In this document: piece after piece, positions 39,547 through 52,894 of the stretch
Layout: every line of letters begins with the position of its first letter
Position numbering within the stretch: position 1 is the stretch's first letter
NCBI GenBank assembly: GCA_012295275.1
Contig: CM022670.1
Coordinates: forward strand, 1,984,001 to 2,048,000
DNA from: Chrysomallon squamiferum
Taxonomy: Eukaryota > Animalia > Mollusca
Length of the DNA: 64,000 nt
Direction: 5' to 3'
Notes under the pieces: model-generated
The model's database searches: none
Told to the model about the DNA's origin: nothing
What the model saw: the letters and a program-made list of their open reading frames with translations, nothing else
Position numbers and translations under genes: made by a program

Positions 39547-40545
39547 CTGAGAAATCGATCACGCTGAAAGACATCCACATGGCCTTAACGACTAGTGAAA
39601 TTCTTTGGGTACGGTATTCTCGTTATACACCTTATACCGTACGTCGTGGTCGCTCTGTTTTTCAAACGTTCCACGAACTCTGCCCTCATTTTCTTTTTAA
39701 CCTCGTTAGCTTCCAGATTTATTATTTTCCCCACACTATTATAGCTAATTCCTGGTTCCATTTTTCACAAAGAGGACGCTGCCAAAGGCGGGTTGTGCTA
39801 TTAGCGTCGTATCTCGCACACATACTTCACAGGCAGTGCATTAATCACGTTTTATTTTGATCAAAGGCACATTCAGAAGACTTCGCCAGATACGCACATT
39901 ATTGCGTCACTTTCTGCTCTGCTCGTGCATGTGGGACATCTGTGTTGTATCATCTCTGAGTGGATTTCATAAGCACATCTAACAATTAGTATAACCTGCA
40001 ATAAATAATACTTCGTGAAATAAAAACACGAACTTGATGATCATGATGATGGACATGATTTTGATTCGATTTTGAATGATGACGTAACAGTGACAAAAAT
40101 GATGCATTTGTTAGGATATTCTGTCATGTACGTGTGTGTATATCTGTTTTTTTGAAGTTACACGTGTATTGCATATGACAGACTTGTCCATCATTATTAG
40201 AATTTTCCCAGCGCATGTTAATGTTATCTTAAGCCTGGTTACATAACAACAGATAGACAAACACATGTTATAGACTTGTGCGTGAAGGTCACTGCGAAAT
40301 CGAAGATATTCTAAATATCCCCAAAAGACCAGGGTGTTGCTGTGACATTTCACTTGTTAATTTGTATCCCAAGAAAACTAAAGGTCGAAAGGAAATGACA
40401 TTAATAGCAGGCATCATTGATTCCAGAAACACAAAAATGCATTTATAATATTTGAAATAAAAAAATATATATAAAAAAAAAAACATGATACACTTACTTT
40501 TCGATATTTTAATTTCATTTAAAAAAAAAAAAAAAATGAATGGTT

Positions 40546-40603
<58 letters not shown>

Positions 40604-41482
40604 ATGAATGAATGAATCAATGTAATCTTACAAAACTCCGGTATGTTTGGTTGTAACATAACCATTCTGTTATTACGTATTTGTCTTACGTATAAATAAG
40701 GATTTATAATTATACAGAATTCAAAGCCATTCTCTACGATATATTAACATTACTATATAACAGTTTTGTTCAAGCTGTTTCGTAATATTTGATCCTACCG
40801 TTACACTAGCATCCAAAATCTTTTTGTATCCCATAAAACCGTGCAGAAATTTTGCTTCAAAGACTTAATAACAATTATGTATATCACAGACACAGGTTTC
40901 CAGTATAACAAGAAATGTGCTTCGCGAACATTAATCTCCAGTACAAAATAATTCGAACATTTTCCACTATTAGTTTATCAAACATAATGATATTCTCTTC
41001 CCAGTCTCTGGGAAGGTACATACACAACTTATCGTATTGCTAAAATGAGTAGCGTATTTCACTGAGACTGGTTTTGTCTCTCATTAACTAAGTAGTTTCT
41101 GAGACGTATATAACTGTAGATTAAAATATGTGTTGATTATGAATTGTCTTACTTCATTCACCGAATCAATCCGATATTTAATACAAAAAGTCGATTTCAG
41201 ATTTGACTGAACAAGTGCTATATGTTAGCCAAGAATGTTCTGAACTAACTAAAAATAATAGTGAAAAGAGCTGATTTTATGAAATTTGATAATTTCACCC
41301 CAAAACAAAATAAATAAAAATAAAAATAAAACAATGTTAAGTATGTAAATATATATACAAATACAATAAAAAATAGATAAACTGGTATAATCCGGTTCGT
41401 GAAAACCGGAATTAATTTTTTATTTATTTATTTTTTTTTTTTTTTTAGCTTCAACTTTTCCTTCTTTGTCGCCCTTTATCTT

Positions 41483-41521
<39 letters not shown>

Positions 41522-41992
41522 CGCAATTTTTTTTTCTATTTTTCTATTTGAGCCATTGTATGGCATATAATACGTTAAACGTTATGCAACTTAGAACTTA
41601 TGGAAATTTAATCAACTGAATGAAGAAAGTCGTACATGTTTTGAATCTCTTCGCGGAGTTTTCTGCTGCATATGTAAACTAGATATGACACAGCGGGAAA
41701 CACAAGACAAACACATTGTGAGAAAACTCTATTATGAAGAAATTCTGAAAAATGGTTTTCATGCGATTTATCATAGAAAAAGGACATTTCTAAAATTCTT
41801 TCTCATCGTAAAGCATGCAGACACGTAAAAAAAAAAACGTACAAATTAAAAACAGTTTCGTTAAATCATTTCACCAGTTATTTATTGGATAATAATTTTG
41901 TTACAGTATTTTGGTTTATAATTGTGAAAAACTTGCTCCCTTCCGTTTAGGTGAAGCTCAACGTAATGTTTTAAAAACTGGAATCGTTCCGC

Positions 41993-42852
41993 TTTGATGG
42001 TTCATTATTTTTTTTTCTCGTTCCAGCAAGTGCCCCGTGTTTACAATTTGGGAAATTTTGTCTGTACACAGTGTACATGTATTTGTTTTTAACATCACTG
42101 ATGCTGTGGTGCAGTCTCTATGTATTCAAGTGTCACCTGTAATTACTATAGTAACTGTGACTTGTAGTCACGGTTAAATATTATCCACACATTACTTAGA
42201 CTGGACATTATAACTACTCAAACACAATACAAGCACGTTACTATGATACGTTCTGTCAAATGTCACATTTCTTATTAAATAGGCTGGTTTTTAAAATCCT
42301 TTAATATTTCAGTAGCATTTGCATAAAATACTGTGTTATCAAGGTAAAACGTAGATAAAATATATATGTCTGTCTGTCGTAAAAACGTATGTTTATAAAT
42401 ATTAAATAACAGCGAACCTAACTAAACAGAACAGAACAGGGTAACCGTTTTAAAATGAACCGTTTTTTGATGGTTCATTATTTTTTTTCGTTCCACTAAC
42501 CCCGTTTTTACAATTTGAAATTTTGCCTGTCACAGTGTACATGTATTTGTTTTAACATCACAATGGGGTGCAAATATTGGCATGTTTTACTATAGTAACT
42601 GTGACTTGTGCTATAAAATATAGTCCAATAACTTAGACTGTTATGTTGGAACGAGAAAATAAGGTTATGATACGTTTGAAAATCATGTTATTAAACAGTT
42701 TAAAATCCTTTAATATTTCAGAATTTGCAAAAATACTGTGTTACTCAAGGTAAAACGTAGATAAAATTAATTTTCTGTCGTGTTAAAATATTAAATAACA
42801 GCGAACCTAACTAAACAGAAAAACAGGGTAACCGTGTAGTATGAACCGTTTT
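41993..42852. repeat. Degenerate local tandem duplication (~474 bp + ~386 bp)
   Basis: TTGATGGTTCATTATTTTTTT...CAGTGTACATGTATTTG...AAATACAGCGAACCTAACTAAACAGA...ATGAACCGTTTT occurs twice in tandem; the second copy has many small deletions. Confidence 0.85.
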
Positions 42853-42899
42853 AGTCTTATGATCGTGTTACAAAAAATCTAGTCATTTTTAAACCGTTG

Positions 42900-43130
42900 T
42901 ATAGTTAGAAACGAGAAAATATATTTAGTTTTAAAGAATCATATTGAATAAAATAATTATTAATTAAAGTTTGTGTGTTAAAAGAGAAAATTTGTATTTT
43001 CAGGATCACTTTATAAAAACTAGTTATTCATTTTGTGTGTTAGAAAGGGAAAACATATATATATATATATAGTTTTTAGAATCACGTTATAAAAGTTAGT
43101 CACTAACTTTGTGTGTTAGAATGGGAAAAA
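42900..43130. repeat. Degenerate ~65-80-bp minisatellite, ~3.5 units
   Basis: Recurring TTTGTGTGTTAGAA..GAAAA...TTTT..GAATCAC.TTATAAAA motif. Confidence 0.6.
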
Positions 43131-43606
43131 ATTCGAAACGATTATCCTTCCAATATCCTTTATGGTGCGTGAAGTCCAGGTTTTTGTCGCCTGTGTTTTC
43201 TCCGTGTGAAACAAACAACAGGACCACCTAAGCAAAAACTTCTTTCCAAACGGTTTTCGCATCCTTGCGTCTGCTCCTAGTTTAAAAAGTCTGGTTTCCA
43301 TGAACTCAGTATTCGGGAGAAGTCGTCAGAAATGTCAGGCATGTCATATCACGTGATCTCACTGGAGGGTCCAGTATCTGACAGGCTTTTCAAACGGAGA
43401 CGTGGTAAACTTGTTTGCTGTCGATACACAAGTGTCGAATACTTTGAAACAAATCTGAACATGTGTCCCCACCAGATATCTGGCCTATTCTTTGATGAGG
43501 GATTTTCAGATTGTGCAAAATATCAACACAATTATTGAGTTAAAACGTAAAGGTGAGGTGAGACCCTTTTGAAAATGTGAACATTTTCTTAATTTATACA
43601 ATGAAG

Positions 43607-43900
43607 GGGGGGGGGAATGTATTTAACGACACACTCAACATTTACATTATGATCAATTACCACACAGGTAACTAGAAAAGAAACCTGATCCTTATCATCC
43701 CATGAACTATTCTTTTTCGGTAAGCAGCTAATCACATTTTTTTATGTACCTTCTCATAGTTAGGAAAACACACACCTCGATTTTTCACAAAACAGTCACA
43801 GAAACTGGAAAGAGTTGGAAATAGCCAGAGATGAGCGCTAAGCAGAGTTGATCCTTCAACCTGTTACACCTCGGCTCAGCGGTACGCCACTTGGCTTCAA
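43607..43900 (-). mobile_element. Decayed tRNA-derived SINE-like element
   Basis: The minus-strand head has A-box-like AGCCAAGTGG and B-box-like GGATCAACTC at tRNA-like spacing. The other end, ATTTAACGACACACTCAACA, resembles a gastropod SINE as I recall it (not searched). Confidence 0.55.
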
Positions 43901-44763
43901 ACGGTGAAACTGTATTAACATCTATATCTGACAAAAAAATATATATGTTTACGTGTTGTTTATAACGGCTATTATTAAAGATAAACTAACGAAGAACTTG
44001 CATTCATTTGCGATGAAATGGGTGAAAGCTTCAGGAAAAAGGAAGTGTCATGCAAAAAAAAATATATATATATAAAGAAAGGAATTAAAAACACATACAC
44101 TTGTATTATATTTATCATAACACTTCTGCATGGCAGCTGTCGGATGCGAGTTTCGGGGTTAAAGCATGATGCTAGAAAGTCACGGGTTTTAAACTTAGTG
44201 GTTTTCCATTTCTTCTTCTTTTTTTTTTTTTTGCCTCCACTTAATAAAACCCAAATAAAATTAATAAAAGAAAAGAAAATGAGAAAAAAACATGTCGACG
44301 AAAAGCCGAATTCGGTTAACGTCGCCAGAAAGGTGAAGTTATTGCCCCCAGGAATCCCATAACAAGACCATTGGCTTTTTTTTTTTTTCTTTCTTTATGC
44401 ACGATTTTTATGTGGAAACAGAAAGAGAATTCTCAACAAAAGACAAAAGTTTGAGACGCACGCTGCTATCTATGTCGAACACCTGCCTTAAATTCTTTAT
44501 TCATTGATTTTTTTTATAGATTTTTAAAAAAAAAATGTATTTATTAAATTGCTTTTTAATATAAAAGAAATGCTTCATTTTTTTTACTTTATTTTTACCT
44601 TCAGTATTTCAAAAATTAAAACATACAATAAAATAACAAGCATAAAATCATAGCTATTTTCTCTTTTGTCATCACCCAGTCTAATATATATTTTTATTTT
44701 TATATTTTTTTTTAGATTTTGGACTATATTATCTCACGAATGAAGCGAAAAAGTCAGACTTTG

Positions 44764-44839
<76 letters not shown>

Positions 44840-44952
44840 TCTGTTCTTCTGCTTCTTGCTTTTTTTATCGGCCCTTCAATCTTTATATGTTTTTATTTTA
44901 AAAGACGAGCGACTTTAACAATGTATTAACTATTAAACATTCCTGTTCCGTT

Positions 44953-44985
<33 letters not shown>

Positions 44986-45469
44986 GGGGTTCCTTTATTT
45001 TTACTCTGGAATTCCATTTATTATAACCTCAAAATAACCTCAAGCAGACACCCTTAAAATTTTATTTGTTTCAGAGTGGCGGCTGAACACCTCTCTTTTG
45101 AACATCTTTTTTGTTCCCAGACTAAATACACGTGTATACTAGTTTAGATTTAAAATTTTACGTCGATGACCGATTTAATACATCACTGAGAAAGCACAAA
45201 AAAAAAAAATAAAAAAAAAAATAAATAAATAAATAAATAAATAAATAAATGCAGATACCATATTATAAACACTGATATATATTATTATTATTATTATTTT
45301 AAAACTTACTTTTCCCAAAATTCCAGACTTTAAATATACATACATACATACATACATACATACATACATACATACATACATACATACATACATACATACA
45401 CACATACATATATACAACATCATTAATAATAACAGTGGTAATCATAGTAGCTGTATGAGTAGTAGTAAC

Positions 45470-45524
<55 letters not shown>

Positions 45525-45800
45525 ATGTAGTACTAGCAATAGTTTAGTTGTAGTGAAAAGTAAAGATATAGTGATAGTTGTAATTGCTGTTGTAATAACA
45601 GAAGTGGTATGAAGTAGATGTAGTAATAGTAGTAGTGATAGCAGGAATATTCCTGGTTCTCTGTTTTGTAATAATATCATATTATACATCAAAAAGCAAC
45701 CAGAAAATTGATGAAACTTTAATTAGTTAATAATCTTCATTTACAGAATAACGCGATATATTTGTTTTTCATTCTTATTATATAAAAAGTAATTTGTAAA

Positions 45801-45872
45801 TGCCCCGACAGGGGATTGAACCCTGGATCTTCGGTTTACGAGACCGACGCCTTACCACTTGGCCATCGAGGC
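45801..45872 (-). tRNA. tRNA-Thr (anticodon CGT), copy 1
   Basis: GCCTCGATGGCCAAGTGGTAAGGCGTCGGTCTCGTAAACCGAAGATCCAGGGTTCAATCCCCTGTCGGGGCA: acceptor stem GCCTCGA/TCGGGGC, anticodon stem TCGGT/ACCGA with loop CT-CGT-AA, T-loop TTCAATC. Downstream T5 Pol III terminator (~45784-45788). Confidence 0.96.
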
Positions 45873-46222
45873 TACTGATGTTAGCGTGAGAAAAAATTAA
45901 TGTAATTGCACTGACCTGTAACACAGTTTTATTGATTTGATTTAATGGTTTACGGGTATAAATAACTGTAATATCCAAACTGTACTCTTAATAATATTAA
46001 CAAACATTTATCAAAATTCTGCTTATTACAACTGTTTCATTGTTGTATTAGATCTAGTGTATTTTTAAAACTAAACAAGATTATCTTTAAAGAAAACGAA
46101 AAATAGTGATAATGAATGAATGTTTAAAAAAATAATAATTGTAAATAATTGTTACAAATTGATCAAATAAATTTAAACGAAAAAATAAAATAAGAAGAAA
46201 GTAAACGAAAACGTTTCAGTAT

Positions 46223-46294
46223 TGCCCCGACAGGGGATTGAACCCTGGATCTTCGGTTTACGAGACCGACGCCTTACCACTTGGCCATCGAGGC
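46223..46294 (-). tRNA. tRNA-Thr (anticodon CGT), copy 2
   Basis: Identical 72-nt body; T4 terminator at ~46208-46211. Confidence 0.96.
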
Positions 46295-46830
46295 AGCTGC
46301 CTGAACGAGCTGAATAAAACTTGTACTATCCTATCGTAGCTGTTCTCGTCGCATTGATTTTTTTTTTTTTGTATATTTATATTTGCTGACGTGTTCGGAA
46401 TCGCTGAATGTGACGGTATTTGCAGCTTTAATAAAGAGCTAAAATATAATCATATTTACAATTATTTCAAGAGGACTGACAATGTTAATGAATTAATCAA
46501 AGTAAACCTGCATACATACTGCTTACGAACAAAGCACTCCGTTACGTTTATAGATTGTTTGGTGTTACAGGTGACGGTGGAAATTAATACAGTGACTTCA
46601 ACAAACATCACGTTACAGATCGGGGTGAATATGAACGAAGTTACAGTGTTTATTAAAGGTTAACAGTTATAAGAATAAGTTTTCGGTTAGTCCGAGGAAT
46701 GCATACCTGAAGATGTGTTGTTCATCTATGTATTACTGTGTGTTATTAGTTGTTTGTTGTTAAAGTCAGTTGCTTGAGGGTGGGTTTTTTTTTGCGTTTT
46801 GTAGGAATGGTTGAAGGGGTTGTTTGCCTC

Positions 46831-46861
<31 letters not shown>

Positions 46862-46879
46862 TTAAATGTGTTTATTTAC

Positions 46880-46915
<36 letters not shown>

Positions 46916-47701
46916 TTACGCAAACCCAGTGTATGACAAATAATATCCTTTCCAATGCACGCAACAGACAAACAGACACCTTGTTGCTAACATGGAAGAG
47001 TAGCCCACTTAAAAACAAAACATAGATATCTATATAAAATTTATCTACTTAAAAGTCATCTAACGTAATAACAAGTGTGTGCTCAGAGCAATTATAACAG
47101 TTGTTAATTTGAAAATACATAGATTTAAACTAACGTTAAAGATTTAACTACAAGAACAATACAATAACAGTTTTCACTGTTATTCGAAGATTAGAACAGT
47201 GTTAAAGTATGAATATGGTTTGTATCTAAATCGTTTGTGTCCTAAATGGACATTAAAATGAATTATTATGTTAATTACATGCTGTAAACCCTTAAAATCC
47301 AAGACCACTGTCAGTTATAATGATTTATAATATTAGTATGAATGAATAAGAGTCTGAAATATTTAAATTCGACTGAAAAGAAAACAGAAACACTTAAAAT
47401 CTGTGCCTTTTTAAGATGGGTCATTAAGCACACTTCACGTTGATTAGTACGGTTATTTGAACACTGAGCACAAATGTATTCATACTGCTCATTAACGTAT
47501 TGTAAATCTGCCCACCGATATTGTATAACTGACAATAACAGATAAGGTCTAAATGATACACAGTTTCAACGCGGTTCAATATAATTGAGGACAGAGGTGT
47601 TTTAGAAATCAGTATCATTTACTTAAAGACTCCAATTTCTAGACGGATAAATAAATAAAAATGTTTTCGTTAGGAGAAAGATAAAGCCAAATATTATCGC
47701 G

Positions 47702-47783
<82 letters not shown>

Positions 47784-48654
47784 AAACAAACCCACTAACA
47801 AACAAACAAACAACAAGAAGAAACTTATATAATAAAATTAACATTAAATAACAGGTGACAGACAGAAACCATAGCTTCTGACATAAAAATGACGGAACCA
47901 GCCAGCGCTGATACACCAATCAAAAACGATATTCTTATTGCGTGTTGTTGTTTTCAAGATTTGGCAAACATAATGTTTGCTTTGTGATAACAACACCACT
48001 TGTATACGTCAGTATGAAAAACAGTTTTCTTCTTTATTTTATTTTATTTATTTATTTATTTATTTTTTAATATATATTTTTATTTCCCGAGCCACACCTC
48101 TGACGTGTATTGGACAAAAAACCTCTGTTCACAAACAGCAAACAGTGAGGCAGCGTTACCGTCTGCGCATCCCACTGCGCACACAGATAGGACCGCAGCA
48201 AATACAGTCTGTTTTCTGCTCGGCTGACTGGCTACAGCAAATGTTACGCGAGTCACTTAATCTAAGTCTACGGGCTTTTTATTCCAAGATAAAACCCAAG
48301 CTGCCTGATTTAAGATATGTCAGGCTGGTTGTACTACACAGAAATGCATGTGCGTTGATTAATGCCGCGTTTTCTGACTTCATCAATTAATACAAATGAA
48401 TATGCACCGAAACAACGCATTTTTTTCAACAAATAATCATTTTCTTTTAATGTTTTTCAAACTGGCAGCCTAGCCAGTTCTCTCTCTTATCTGAGTCTAC
48501 TGTCAGTAGCGAAAATTATTAAAAGTGACGTAAAGGCACGGTAACTTCCATTTCTTTTTGTTTTATCCAATTTATTTTCAGAATTGTTAATGTTATCTTC
48601 AGCATTTGTAGAGAATACATTTATTTTTGAGATTCGTTTTCATTAACTTCTAGA

Positions 48655-48729
<75 letters not shown>

Positions 48730-49639
48730 TCTGTGCCTGTGTTTTATGTATGTGTAGGCGTGTGCACTTATGTAATTATCTGTATCTCTCTAGAATTATA
48801 TCAGTCTGTCTACACGTACATACAGAATCATAGATATATATATTAATTTATTTATTTAATTTAACTTAATGCCGTAATAAAGAAAGATCGTCAGTTTACT
48901 TGTATATGTAAGCAAAAATGAGGGAAAAAAAAAAAAAAACATTCATAAAAAAAGAAAGAAAAAGAAGAACGTCTGTCGAAATTTTTACATAAAGACCAAA
49001 TGACTATTATTAATATCCCCCGAAATTCTTCAAACAGGTTATCAGATTTGAATTTTTCTGCAATCCTGCGACATATTGATCTTCCCGTCATCATCTGAAT
49101 TTGTAATCGCAGTCCTAATCTGTAATCAGTCGGCACTTTGCCGCAAGATTACCGTCAAGCGCCGCAAAATTTAAACACTCAAATTACCAGCCACCAGCCA
49201 CGAGAAAGCTTTGATGTTTAATCGTAAATTTAAAAAAAAAAAAAAAAAAAAAAAGAAACAAGACTCTTTTATATAAATGTGGATAGTAGGAAACGAGACT
49301 GCTTTTTAAAAAAAAAAAAATGTATTTTTTCGTTTGTCAGTGAACCGTTGAAAAAAAAAACCTAAAAAAAAACCTAAAAAAAAAAATAATAAGCGTAGGA
49401 ACCCAGCGCACCTGGAGGTCTGATTTAACTATTAGCACAGAAGAGCAGATGTAAACTTTTAAAATATCAGTATTAGCGAAATAATAATAAACACACGTGG
49501 ATCTCGCTGATATGCACTGGCTGTTCCCTCCCCCACATATATACTTTTTTTTTCTTCATATGTTTTTCTTATTTATTTTTATTTTCTTTCTTTTCTTATT
49601 TATTTTTATTTTCTTTCTTTTCTTCTTTATTTTTCTTTC

Positions 49640-49693
<54 letters not shown>

Positions 49694-50061
49694 GAAATTG
49701 AGGTCACCTTGAAAACGCCCTTTTTTTCTGATATTTTGGATTCGCTCACTTAACGACAACGATGTTGATAAGTTGTAATAGATATAGCAGTTTTAGTGAA
49801 GTATCCGTTGTCGTCGTTGTAGTAATAGTAGTGTGGAAATTGTCATTACTACCACTACTCTAGAACTGTTAGTATTACTACTACGACGCCATTATCATTA
49901 CTACCTTTCTTATACTTTCTTATACTATAACTATTACTTCTACTAACACTACTTTATCAAAAACTACTATTAATAAATAGTGTTATACTTATACTTTTAA
50001 TTATTAGTCACTACTAACTTTACTAACATAGCTTCCATTACCATCTTCATCATAATCATTA

Positions 50062-50065
50062 CTAC

Positions 50066-50163
<98 letters not shown>

Positions 50164-50211
50164 TTATTATTATTATATTTATTATTATTATTATTTTATT
50201 TATGTATTTAT

Positions 50212-50248
<37 letters not shown>
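50062..50248. repeat. (TTA)n microsatellite
   Basis: Direct inspection. Confidence 0.9.
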
Positions 50249-50252
<4 letters not shown>

Positions 50253-51355
50253 AGTTTGGGTTTTTAGTTTTTTTTTTTAATTTAGTTTTTTAAATTTTAA
50301 CAATATATTTACGTACAGACATGCACACTCGAAGACACACATTTTCAGAAAGATCGCTTGTAGACGTCTTTTCTTTTTTCTTCGACTTAAATATCAACAA
50401 AAGCATTCGATATCCGTGTTAATTAAATTTAATACCCATGTTTTCAAGAAACTCCCCTGTTTTTTATCCCCTTTTTTTTTTTTTACATTTTTGTAGGGTT
50501 TGTTTAATAAACTCTGACTGTTCTGTGCAGAAAAAAAATGTTGCGACTGTTTTCAGTGACAACAAAGGACTGACACAAGGAGTGAAAACACACCGCCTCT
50601 GGTGCTCCTGGCTGTCATAACCAATAGCAGCCTGCAAACAAGCGCCTGTGTCGCCAGTCGCAACTTTTATTTCGCCCCTGCTCACGGAAAACTCTCATAT
50701 TTTACCTTCCTAATGTCTAAATCATGAGAACTCAGCATTCTTTATCAAGTGTGGCGTGAAGAATCTGCCAGCTCTGCGCAGACGGACAACTTATGAATGA
50801 TGTTGATCGGTGGTTCTGCCAACTGGTGCACCGTAATCTACAGATGTGTTCCAGAAAGCATCTCCAAGAGAATATCAGTGTCGTGCACTTGAAACCATCC
50901 AACCATCCGTCGACACGGCTTTGATTCGATGATTTTCGTGAAATGCCACTGTCAGAAGGAAGCGCCCGTCGCTAGATAATTTATGGCTCCGGCGTACGGC
51001 CATCCTTCAAGAGTCTGAATAGCGTTTTCAAAAAGGCGACAAAATCAAGCCGCATTCTTATTGTTTTCCAGCTTATTCCATTCATTCAGGTTCCACGCCT
51101 CCTGGGAAATATGTATTGTTTGCATTTGTATGTACGACGAAACTCGCGGGTCAGAGCTATTTGATTGGTTGGCGCTAACAGATGAATTTTCTTTCTTCTT
51201 TTTTTCCTCCCTTTTTTTAAAATTTTTTTCTTGTCGTCTGCTCGTTGGTTACTGAAGTTAAATATCGTCTGTCATTCCATCGGCAGACGTCAAATGTGAG
51301 CGAGTTTTTGAAAATGTGGTGATAATTCCTTGCTTTTCGTTTTTTTTTTTCACAG

Positions 51356-51409
51356 ATGTCGGATCTATTGACTTCTGCTTTCCTGTTGCTTGCATTGTCG
51401 GCAAACCAG
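51356..51409 (+). CDS. Delta: Delta-like Notch ligand, first coding exon (signal peptide MSDLLTSAFLLLALSANQ)
   Basis: ATG directly after a T-tract+CACAG acceptor; hydrophobic core; donor CAG|gtaaaa, phase 0, joining VSTTGVFEV. This parallels the ..Q|V..GVFEL junction of Delta proteins. Confidence 0.75.
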
Positions 51410-51894
51410 GTAAAAAAAAAAAGATTTTTTAAATATATTTTCTTTCCGTAAATTATTACATTTATTTGTTCATTTATTTTTAACCTTTTTAACGTTCATT
51501 CTCTGTATAACATAAGTGATCATTACTACTATAGCTACTACTAGTACTACTGATACTACTACTACTGCTGCTGCTACTACTACTATAATAACTATTACCA
51601 CTACTACTTCTGCCACTAACAGTATTAATACTGGTGCCGTTATGTCTGCAGAAATTATTATACTGTTGATATTATTACTACTACTTTTGCTATTATTATT
51701 ATTTTTTCTTATTAGTGTTGTTGTTTATGATGTTGTTGTTGTTGCTGTCTATAATGTTATTTTCTACATCATTATGTTTTATTATTAATGTTGTTGTTGT
51801 TGTAGTTGATATATGTTTATCATCGTCATCATCATTGTTCATGTTATATTACTATCGTTATTGTTGTTGTTGTTATTATTATTATTTTTATGTT

Positions 51895-51932
<38 letters not shown>

Positions 51933-52894
51933 ATATTAATAAGAACAGATAAACGAAAATATCGTTAATATATTCCCAATGCAGTCATTTCAGAACTGTA
52001 TCTAGTTATATTCCATTTCTGAAATAAGAAAGGTTGTTTATTATAACATATATAACTAATGGAACTGAAATAGACATTTAAAACGTTACTGTAAATTAAA
52101 TATTGATTTTACAATAAAACGATGACACACAGATAAAAGCTACATCTCAAATAATACTGTAAGATAGTCGTATTAATGCAGAGCGAGGGATGGCAAAATG
52201 TTCGATGGGTTAGCTAAGGGGTCGATAACTGCCTAAGAGTCTGAAAGTGGGAACAGGAACTGAGAATGAATAACCAATCACAAAGGTGAAAAGAATCTCA
52301 CTGAGAATCAGCAATGAAGGCAAAAGGCGAAGAAATTATTAACCTTAAATAGAGAAATTTATTACTGATAATGTTTATTTATCTTACTTGCTTGTGGGTT
52401 GATGAAAAAAAATCCAAATTCCGTGAATTAATCGATGTTGTCGACTCCTGATGTAGAAAAACATTCCAGCAATAATATTATTTTATTTTATTTTATTTTT
52501 TCACATCATTTCATTTTATTTTATTTTATTTTAATATCATTCTTTTTAGTTTATATTTCTTAAGATTATTTATCATTATATGTAAGATGTGTATGTGTTT
52601 CTGTTTGTTTCTGTTTGTTTCTGTGTATGTAGTGTACCATATGCTATCTATGTAGGTGTGTATATTTACAGAAATATAAATTTCCATATATTTTGTTTGT
52701 TTGTTTGTTGTTGTTGTTGTTGTTGTTTTGGTGGTGGTTGTGGTGGTGGTTATACTGTATATATACAAATGGTTGTCTCTAGATTTTCTCTTTTCTAAAC
52801 AATTAGTTTGTTAGTAAATAAACAAAATATTATTAGATAATTCGTTTTGTATTATTTCTGTACTGACCTCTTAGTTAATCATTCTTATTCTATG

